Shown here piece after piece: positions 55,302 to 64,000 of a stretch of DNA of 64,000 nucleotides; positions within the stretch are counted from its first letter, which is position 1; every line of letters begins with the position of its first letter. Under the pieces are notes generated by a model that did not search any database, was not told the origin of the DNA, and saw only the letters and a list, made by a program, of their open reading frames with translations. Source of the DNA: the human T2T-CHM13v2.0 reference genome, Homo sapiens. Both the position numbers and the translations under genes were made by a program. The stretch is from assembly GCF_009914755.1 (NCBI RefSeq), contig NC_060932.1; one strand, given 5' to 3'.

Positions 55302-55562
55302 GCAGGACGAGGTGGGTGGATCACGAGGTCAGGAGTTCAAGACCAGCCTGGCCAAGATGGTGAAACCCCATCTCTACTAAAAATAGAAAAATTAGCCAGG
55401 CACAGTGGCAGGCACCTGTAATGCCAGCTACTCGGGAGGCTGAGGCAGAGAACCACTTGAACCTGGAAAGCAGAGGCAGCAGTGAGCCAAGATCGCGTCA
55501 CTGCCCTCCAGCCTGGGCAACAGAGCGAGACTCCATCTCAACCAAAAAAAAAAAAAAAAAAA
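55302..55562 (+). mobile_element. 5'-truncated AluSg-like element
   Basis: GGATCACGAGGTCAGGAGTTCAAGACCAGCCTGGCCAAGATGG; poly(A); TSD AGACAAGATGGG (55290-55301 / 55564-55575). Confidence 0.96.
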
Positions 55563-55575
55563 TAGACAAGATGGG

Positions 55576-56135
55576 TTTGTCAATTATCTTTTGCTATATG
55601 ACAATCCACTTAGAAACTTAGTGGAGTAAGAGAGTAAAATATATTATTTCTCATGATCTGTGCTTGTGCTGGTGGTTCTGCCCCACTTTGTATCACACAG
55701 GGGTCATTTATGCAAGTGCATCCTGCTGAAGGCTGGTATATTTTGGAAGTTTAGAGGCCTCTCTGAAGAGTTTGGGCCTTGGTGCTAGCTGTTGGCTGAG
55801 GGGCTTCAGTTCTTTTCCATGTGGTCCTTAGTACTGTGTGGCATTTTACCTCTCAGTGTCTCTCCATATGTCCTCTCTCTTCAAGAGGATAGCTTGGACT
55901 TCCTTACATCATGGTGGCTGACTCTGAGCAAACAAAAGCAGAAGCTTCCAGGCCTCTTAAGGGCTAGTCCTGGAGCTGACACAGTATCATTTCTGCCACA
56001 TTCCATTAGTTAAAGTAAATCACAGGCCAGCCTGGATTCAAGGAGAGGGGAAATAGACTCCATTTCTAAGTTGGTGGGGCAACCTGTGCACCGAGGGAGG
56101 TGGGAACTTGTTGGCAGTTATCTTTGGAGAAAATC
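55576..56135 (-). mobile_element. Old MLT1-type LTR
   Basis: TCATTTCTGCCACATTCCATTAGTTAAAGTAAATCACAGGCCAGCCTGGATTCAAGGAGAGGGG. Confidence 0.75.
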
Positions 56136-56563
56136 ACAGTGGATATGCCACAGATTCCCTCAGGCAGCATATACCCTGCAGAGGCTGTGGGGAGAAGGGT
56201 ATCTCTGCAGCATGGTGAAGGGCCTTGTCTAGAATGCCAGCTCTAGTGATAGGGTATGGCTGCCCAGGGTATACAATGAAAAGGCTTGTAAAGCAGCATC
56301 TGGGACCAGCAGGAAAAAAGATTTCAACTGAGTCATTCATTAATTCATTCCTCCTTTGTTTGAAAAAATATTTATCAAGCACCTCTGTTGTCCTACTCTT
56401 CCAGGCACTGGGGATAAAGCAATGAAAGCTTATCCTTTCTCAAGGAGTTCACACTCTAGTAAGGGAACTAGACAATAAATAGGTAAATAAACGTGTAATG
56501 TGTTAGGTAAAAATTAGTGCTAAGAAAGAAAATAAAATGAATAAGTGAGTAGTGATAGGAGAC

Positions 56564-56928
56564 TGCTAGGGTGTGAATGTTTGTGTTCCTCCAAAATTCA
56601 TGTGTTAAAATCTAATCCTCAATGTGGGGATATTAGGAGGTGTGGCCTGTGGAGGTGACTGAATGATGAGGTTGGTATCCTCATGAATAGGATGAGTGCC
56701 CTAATAAAAAAGGCTTATTAGTGCCCTAATAAAAAAGGCTTGAGCCCTTCCACTATGTGAGGACATGCAAGAAGCCACCACCTATGAGGAATAAGCCCTT
56801 ACTGGACACTGAATCTGCCCACACCTTGAGCTTAGACTTCCCAGCCTCCAGAATAGTAAAAATAAATGCTATATATAAATTACCCAGTCTAAAGAACTTT
56901 GTTACAGCATGAGGAACAGACTAACACA
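56564..56928 (+). mobile_element. MLT1A/MSTD-like solo LTR
   Basis: TGCTAGGGTGTGAATGTTTGTGTTCCTCCAAAATTCAT ... GACTAACACA; TSD GAGAC / GAGGC. Confidence 0.88.
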
Positions 56929-57045
56929 GAGGCCTCTCTAATAAGGTAACATATGAGCAGATGCATGAATGAAGAAAGAAGACTGGCTGTGTGGGTAAGG
57001 CAGGGAAGAACATTCCAGAGGGAACGGTTAAGGCAGAGGCCCTAG

Positions 57046-57370
57046 TGCCTCAGTCTGCTCAGGCTGCTATAATAAATTACCATAGCCTGGGTGGTTAAAC
57101 AACAAACATTTATTTCTCACAATTTTGGAGGTTGGAAGTCAGAGATGGTGGTGCCAGCATGATCAGGTGCTGGTGAGGGCCCTCTTTCAAGTTGCAGACA
57201 CTCAGCTTCTTGTATCCTCGCAAGGCGGAAGGAGAGCAAGAACACTCTCTTCCCAAGGGTTCCCTGTGACCTTATTATCTCCCTAATTGTACCAGCTCTA
57301 ATACCATCACCTGAAGGAGTTAGGAATCCAAATATGAATGTGGGGGGACACCATCATTCATTCCATAACA
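57046..57370 (-). mobile_element. MLT1A/MSTD-like solo LTR
   Basis: TGCCTCAGTCTGCTCAGGCTGCTATAA ... TTCCATAACA; exact TSD CCTAG / CCTAG. Confidence 0.9.
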
Positions 57371-57524
57371 CCTAGGAAGAGCATTCCAGGCACATGTGAG
57401 GAATGCTGTGGCTGCAGCAGAGTTAGCAAGGGGGAGAGTGCTGGGAAAGGAGATGGAGGCACCAGGGGCTGGAAATGAGGTTCTGTTGTAGGTGGGTGAA
57501 GATGGTCCAGCTATGTTCTATGTT

Positions 57525-59675
57525 GCCACTGTTTGATAGAAACACAATGTGAGTCACAAATACAAATCACATGTCATTAAAATGTTCTTACAACTACATT
57601 TTATTTTGTCTTTTATTTTAGCTTTGAGGGTATATGTGAAGGTTTACTACATAGGTAAAGACATGTCATGGAGGTCTGTTGTGCAGATTATTTCATCACC
57701 CATGTATTAAGACCAGTACCCAATAGTTATCTTTTCTGCTTCTCTCCCTTCTCCCACCCTCCCCCATCAAGTAGACCCCAGTACCTGTTGTTTCCTTCTT
57801 TGTGTTCATAAGTTCTTATCATTTAGCTCCCACTTATAAGTGAGAACATGTGGTATTCAATTTTCTGTTCCTGCATTAGTTTGCTAAGGATAATAGCCTC
57901 CAGCTCCATCCATGTTCCCACAAAAGACATGAACTCATTCTTTTTTTATGGCTGCATAGTATTTCCATGGTGTATATGTATCACATTTTCTTCATCCAGT
58001 TTGTCATTGAAGGAGCTTTTATGTTGATTCCATGTCTTTGTATTGTGAATAGTGCTACAATAAACATTCACTTGTATGTGTCTTTATGGTAGGATGACTT
58101 ACATTCCTCTAGGTATATACCAAGTAATAGGATTGCTGGGTCAAATGGTAGTTCTGCTTTGAGCTCTTTGAGGAGTCACCATACTGCTTTCCACAATGCT
58201 TGAACTAATTTACACTCCCACCAACAATGTATAAGTGTTCCCTTTTCTCCACAACCTCACCAGGATCTGTTATTTTTTTATTTTTTAATAATAGATATTC
58301 TGACTGGTATGAGGTGATATCTCATTGTGACTTTGATTTGCATTTCTCTAATGATCAGTGATATTGAGTTTTTTTTCACATACTTATTGGCCACGTTTGT
58401 CTTCTTTTGAAGAGTGTCTGTTCATGTCCTTTGCCCATTTTTTAAAGGGGTTGTTTTTTTCTTGTAAGTTTGTTTAAGTTCCTTAAAGATGCTGGATATT
58501 AGACCTTTTCCAGATGCATAGTTTGCAAATATTTTCTCCCTTTCTGTAGATTGTCTGTTTACTGTTGATAGTTTCTTTTGCTGTGCAGAAGCTCTTAAGT
58601 TTAATTAGAGCTCACTTGTCAATTTTTCCTTTTGTCACAATTGCTTTTGGTGTCTTTGTCATGAAATTGTTGCCAGTTTCTATGTCCAGGATGGTATTGC
58701 CTAGGTTGTCTTCCACAGTTTTTATAGTTTTGTGTTTTACATTTAAGTCTTTAATCCATCTTGAGTTGATTTTTGTGTATGGTGTAAGGAATTGGTGCAG
58801 CTTCAATCTTCTGAATATGGCTGGCCAGTTACCCCAGCACCATTTATTGAATAGGGAGTCTTTTCTTCATTGCTTGTTTTTGTCAGCTTTGTCAAAGATC
58901 AGATGGTCATAGATGTGTGACATTATTTCTGGGTTCTCTATTCTGTTCCATTGGTCTGTGTGCCTGTTTCTGCACCAGTACCATGCTCTTTTAGTCACTG
59001 TAGCCTTGTAATATAGTTTGAAGTTGGGTAACATGATGCCTCCAGTTTTGTTCTTTTTGCTTAGGATTGCCTTGGCTCTTCAGGCTCTTTTTTGGTTCCA
59101 AACAAATTTTAAAATAGTTTTTTTTCTAGTTCTGTGAAGAATGTCATTGGTAGTTTGATAGGAATGGCATTGAATCTATAAATTGCTTTGGGCAGTATAG
59201 CCATTTTAATGATATTAATTGTCCTTATCCACGAGCATGGAATGTTTTTCCATTTCTTTGTGTCTTCACTAATTTCTTTGAGCAGTGTTTTGTAATTCTC
59301 ATTGTAGAGATCTTTCACCTCTCTGGTTAGCTGTATTCCTAGGTATGTTATTCTTTTTATATATAGCCACATTTTAAAAAGTAAAAAGAACTAGGTATAA
59401 ACAAGTTTTAGTTTATACCTAGTTTAGTAATAGATTTTGTTTAATATAATATAGTATATGAAGTATATGAAAAATATGAAATATATGAAAAATATTATCA
59501 TTTCAACATGTAATCAATATGAAATTATTAATAAGAAATTTTACATTTTGTCATACAAAATCCTCAAAATCTAGTGTGTGTTTTACACTTAATAGCACAT
59601 CTCAGTTTAGACTAATGGTATTTCAGGTGCTCAGTAGCCACCAGTGGCTAGTGGCGACCACATGGGACAGTATAG
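57525..59675. mobile_element. MER33-like hAT-Charlie element split by an L1 (57525-57600 and 59360-59675)
   Basis: GATAGAAACACAATGTGAGTCACA start; TAGCCACATTTTAAAAAGTAAAAAGAA ... TTTCAGGTGCTCAGTAGCCAC end. Confidence 0.8.
57601..59359 (-). mobile_element. 5'-truncated old L1PA15/16-like element
   Basis: Antisense 3' UTR and ORF2 (ORFs 58612-58806, 59109-59372); degenerate TSD ACAACTACATTTTA / ATAGCCACATTTTA. Confidence 0.94.
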
Positions 59676-60443
59676 ATCTTTAGCCTATAAAGCAGTATTT
59701 CTCATACAGAGCTACCTCAGAATACTGGCCTTGATATGTTAATAAATACACTGGAAAGATAGGCAAATAATGTGTTCTGTGGTCAAATAAATAAAGCTGG
59801 AGAAATACTAGTTAAACAAATTGTAAAATGTTTTCTTTCAGCAGAACACCTCAGAACTATTAATAGGATAAGTTATTCTAGGAATCTCCTGGAGAGGCAA
59901 AAACTAAGAATAAAGGAATCAATTTTTAAGAGCTGTGTTCTGGGGAGGCCTAGGAGCTTTCACAGAGAGACTTTGGAGAGACTCCTACCCTACTCTGGTT
60001 ACAAAGCAAGTAAGCTCTGAATTCCCCCATTTCCAGTTCAGCAGCTCTGCTATCGTTTGTATTTTTTTCCTTGTTTATCATTTAATATACCTTAATTGAA
60101 AAAGGGTTGTAAATCTTTTCTTAAACCCTTGGGTTCTCTAAACAGCTTTCACACATACCTCAGAAGGTGGCCTTAGATGCTGAAAGTGTTCTTTAGGAAA
60201 CAGCTTTGCAAAGGAGCTTGGGGGCAAACCTCACCTGACACAGCCTCCTCTTCAGTGCAGACTCACCTCGTCATTGTTGTAGCCACAAGAAGAGCTGTGA
60301 GCACAGCCTGGTGGCACCTCACCTGAAACCTTTATCCTCACCAGCATGTGGCTGCACTGATCTGGGCTGTTTATTCATGAATGACCAGTTCCTGGTGCTC
60401 CCTTCATACAGGAGTGTTCTGCAGTTTTTTAAAGCAAACCTGA

Positions 60444-60750
60444 GGCTGGGCGCAGTGACTCAAGCCTGTAATCTCAGCACTTTGGGAGGCCGAGGTGGGC
60501 AGATCACAAGGTCAGGAGATTGAGACCATTCTGGCTAACATGGTGAAACCCCGTCTCTACTAAAAATACAAAAAATTAGCCAGGCACGGTGGCGGGCGCC
60601 TGTAGTCCCAGCTACTCGGGAGGCTGAGGCAGGAGAATGCACGAACCCAGGAGGCAGAACTTGCAGTGAGCCAAGATCGTGCCACTGTACTTCAGCCTGG
60701 GCAACAGAGCGAGACTCCATCTCAAAAAATAAAAATAAAAAATAAAAATA
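60444..60750 (+). mobile_element. AluY, full length, (AAAAAT)n tail
   Basis: Dimer with AluY features; exact TSD AAAGCAAACCTGA (60431-60443 / 60751-60763). Confidence 0.97.
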
Positions 60751-60940
60751 AAAGCAAACCTGAGACTTGACGGACAAAGGCCGTAATTTCTGTTTGCACC
60801 TGCAGTGGAGCCCAGAGGTCTCCTGATGGCAAATTCTCTCTCGTCCATTTCAACCCTTGAGCATGGACAATACTCTGTTTAGTCCCTAAAAGAAAAGGCA
60901 TTCCATGAGGCATTAGTGAGAAATGTATATTTAATTAAAG

Positions 60941-61588
60941 ACTTATACACTATTGGTGGGAATATAAATTAGTACAACGATTGTGGAAAGTGTGTGATGA
61001 TCTCTCAAAGAGCTAAAAATATGGAACTACCATTTGACCTGGCAATCCCATTACTGGGTATATATACCCAAAGGAATATAAATCACTCTACCATAAAGAC
61101 ACATACATGCATGTGTTCATTACAGCACTATTCACAACAGCAAAGACATGGAATCAAACTAAATGCTCATCAATGGTGGACTGGATAAAAAATATATGGT
61201 ACATGTACACCATGAAATACTATGCAGCCATACAAAAGAATTAGGTCATATCTTTTGCAGGAACATGGATGGAGCTGAAGGCTATTATCCTTAGCAAACT
61301 AATGCAAGAACCGAAAACCAAACACCACATGTTCTCACTTATAAGTAGGAACTAAATAATGAGAATACATGGACACATAGAGGGGAACGACAGAGGATGG
61401 GGCCTAACAGAGGATGAAGAATGTGAGGAGGGAGAGGATCAGGAAAAATAACTAAAGTGTACCAGGCTTAATACCTGGGTGATGAAATAATCTGTACAAC
61501 AAACCCCCATGTCACAAGTTTACCTTTGTAACAAACCTGCACATGTGCCCCTGAACTTAAAATTTTTTAAAAAAGAAAATTTAAAAAG
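60941..61588 (+). mobile_element. 5'-truncated old L1PA15/16-like 3' end
   Basis: [14 protein letters not shown]; 3' UTR GGAGAGGATCAGGAAAAATAACTAA...GGCTTAATACCTGGGTGATGAAATAATCTGTACAAC. Confidence 0.93.
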
Positions 61589-61719
61589 ATTTTTTCAAAG
61601 ACTTTTGTAGAGAGAGCAGAGTTTAACTAACAGTATTTCACTTTAGAAAAATTCCTGTGAGGCATGTTTCTTTTCACAAAATCTCTCCAGGATGCTCCAC
61701 CACCATACTGACTTATCCA

Positions 61720-61890
61720 TTTCCCTCCCTGTCTGTCTGAGTCTCTTTGTGTCTCATTCTGTCTGTTCTGTATCTCTCTTTGTCCTTCTCAAGCCCTGTC
61801 TCTCTATCTCAATTTCTGTCCCTTTGTCTCTCTCTGTTTGTCTCTCTGTCTCTATCTCATTCTCTACATAGCTCTATCTCTCTTCTCTAC
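61720..61890. repeat. CT-rich low-complexity tract
   Basis: Degenerate (TCTC/TCTG)n; explains ORF 61747-61986. Confidence 0.85.
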
Positions 61891-62574
61891 CCCACCCCAG
61901 CCCCAACCTTCCCCACAGACAGCCTTCAGTCTCCTTCCATCTCATGGTTTCTGAAATGCCTACTTTTCTTAGGAAGAGCCATTTAGCTCTATCCCAGATT
62001 CCACACTCTCATCACTCAATACTCTACCCCATGTGTGGTACTAGAGATGATATTAGGGTCATGATTTTGATTGCACATAAAAGAAGACAGTCATAATGTG
62101 TTTTTATTCTTTTATCCATCTCAAGTATCACTCCCCCTTGACACTTAAATCTATGAGTTAATTATATATCCCTTCATTCACTGTGCATTAGACAGCCCCA
62201 GGATTGAAGTCCAGCTCAGCCACTCTTAGCTTTGACCTATGTCATCCACTTAACCTACTGAATGGCACTTTCTGTATATCTAATACATGGGTTGTAACAA
62301 CTCTGTCAACAAGTTTTTGTAAGGTTATATGTGAAAGTGGTTCTTTCATCTCAAAACATTTTACAAATGTAAAAGATTGAAATCGCTGCAGCTATTGCCT
62401 CCAGGTAAGAGCAGGAGCTTGTAACAGCAACAGACAAGCTATGCACAGAAGTGAAAATAAGTGAGGTAAAGGGGGAACCAGTGAGCGGCGGAAGGTGTGA
62501 AGGGAAGAAGCATCTGAGCCCCGGTGCCTAACTCATGTGAGTGGCCTCCACACATTCTGATTGCTTGCTGCATC

Positions 62575-63070
62575 CATCAGCGTCCCAGCAGAAAACAGCA
62601 CGTTGAAATTAATTTGATGACAGTTTATTAAAAGGACTATTTTTGAGATGTAGCATGTGGAGAAACTACATGAGAAAGAACAGTATCCCAGGACTAGTAA
62701 CTGTGAGGACTGGTATCACTGCTCCTGGTCCTGAGGTGGCACAGAGAAGAAGCATGGACCAGAACCTGGAGACAGAGTGCCCTATGGAGAGGGCTGCTAG
62801 GCAGTCGCTGTACCTTCCATTGAGGAATGCAGCCAACCCATGGGAACATCTCGGAGAGACAGCTGAGAGAACAAATACCCTAATCCCACTCTCTATCCTC
62901 CCTTCAATATCTTGTCAGGGCCCCACATTGGCCAAACCCATTTAGAAACCACAGAGGACAAGGAAGACACTAGTGTGGTCCATGCAGAACAAATAGCCTC
63001 CCAAGGCAGAAAGCAAAGTGAAGTGTCCTCCCCTCTGGAGCATGGATTTGAAAGGAAATAAAAAGATGTA
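62575..63070 (-). mobile_element. Old ERVL-type LTR (LTR33/LTR41-like)
   Basis: GTCCCAGCAGAAAACAG ... AGTTTATTAAAAGGACTATTT ... CCCCACATTGGCCAAACCCA. Confidence 0.55.
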
Positions 63071-63389
63071 TATCACACTCACTCCCACACATAGATAGGT
63101 CATAGACATATTGGGAAAGCCACTTGCAATTTTTATGAGTCCATGAGCTCTGAGGAATTTGGAAATCCTGGAGGCACCTTGCCACAACATGAAAAAAGCC
63201 TATCTGACAACAAGAACAAGCAAAGGTAGATAGGAAAAACCAAGCAAGGGAGAAAGACAGAACCGTGATGAAGTACTATGGACTGCTGAAGCCAGAGAAA
63301 CCCACAGCCAGCCATAACTGAAGCTAGATTGTGAGCTGATAGATACCATTTTCCTTAACCTAGTTTATATTGCCTGTTATCAATCCACT

Positions 63390-63525
63390 TTTTATTATAA
63401 ATGAGGAAACTGAGGTACCAAGAAATCAGTTAACTTAAAAAAGTTCACATGTACACTAAGTGGCAGAGCTGCAATTCTATTCTGATTTTACCTCCAATGT
63501 CTGTGCACTCTCCACAACACCCCAT
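63390..63525 (-). mobile_element. MIR SINE
   Basis: TATAAATGAGGAAACTGAGG ... CTAAGTGGCAGAGCTG. Confidence 0.75.
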
Positions 63526-64000
63526 GATGCTCTGGAGTCTCTTGTTCTCCTGAATCCTATTGTGGACAAAGATTTTCAGACATGCTTGTTTCCACTTGGG
63601 CCATAAATGCCTTTAGATGACAGATGCCCCTGGAGACACATTCCCATGGAAGTCTTCCACTGTCTTGCACTTTTTTTTGTCATGCATCTACACTGTCCTA
63701 ATCTCTAAAAGCCGTTCTTCACAATCTAAACAACGAAAAGAAGTAAGAGCTGTGACTGTGTGGTAAAGAAAGGAAAATAAATCTTGCTGGTTCGGGACAC
63801 AGCTACAAGACAAATTTCCACAATAGCGTTTGGAATAAATGACAAGTCCCACTCTGAGCAGTGGCAGGATGCCATATTTCGACAACAGTTTCAACACGAG
63901 AAGCCTGCTGGGAGGGCAGTGTTGGTGATGCTTCCTGAAAAATCCTTTTAAAAGATGCAGCACGCTTTTCCACTTACAAATTTGTTAAGAAAAGGGAGAA

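Larger units (their letters stand above)
56330..57480 (-). mobile_element. L2 LINE 3' region split by two MaLR LTRs
   Basis: TCATTCATTAATTCATTC tail; TATTTATCAAGCACCT; resumes at GGCCTCTCTAATAAGGTAACAT and GGGAAGAACATTCCAG. Confidence 0.75.

Noticed and set aside
57601-61588. Opposite-strand L1PA15/16 pieces as one inverted element
   Set aside because: Both contain their own 3' UTR and tail and cover overlapping consensus positions, so they are independent insertions.

Overview
Repeat-rich, CpG-poor primate DNA, most likely great ape/human because it carries AluY-lineage and L1PA2-like insertions. It reads as intergenic or deep intronic. I could not identify a host protein-coding gene, tRNA, rRNA, CpG island or CRISPR-like array. 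The ORFs I can assign are LINE-1 ORF1/ORF2 debris, Alu/LTR read-through or simple repeats; the rest resemble no protein I recognise. Main contents: a decayed near-full-length old L1PA element (about 30.9-38.4 kb) carrying a nested Alu and a MER57-like LTR; several 5'-truncated L1s, two with twin-priming inversions; about ten Alus; many MaLR/ERV solo LTRs; MIR and L2 relics; DNA-transposon fossils including a Tc2/pogo-type transposase remnant. The most informative non-TE structure is a two-part local duplication (45728-46123, copied from 46708-46856 and 47242-47484) whose internal junction is a snap-back hairpin. Three further fold-back scars are visible (25.5, 56.7, 59.4 kb), plus a few weak splice-site-bounded candidate exons. 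I found no credible evidence of a new biological system. Repeat subfamily names come from my recall of consensus sequences and boundaries of old elements are approximate; RepeatMasker/Dfam should confirm both.
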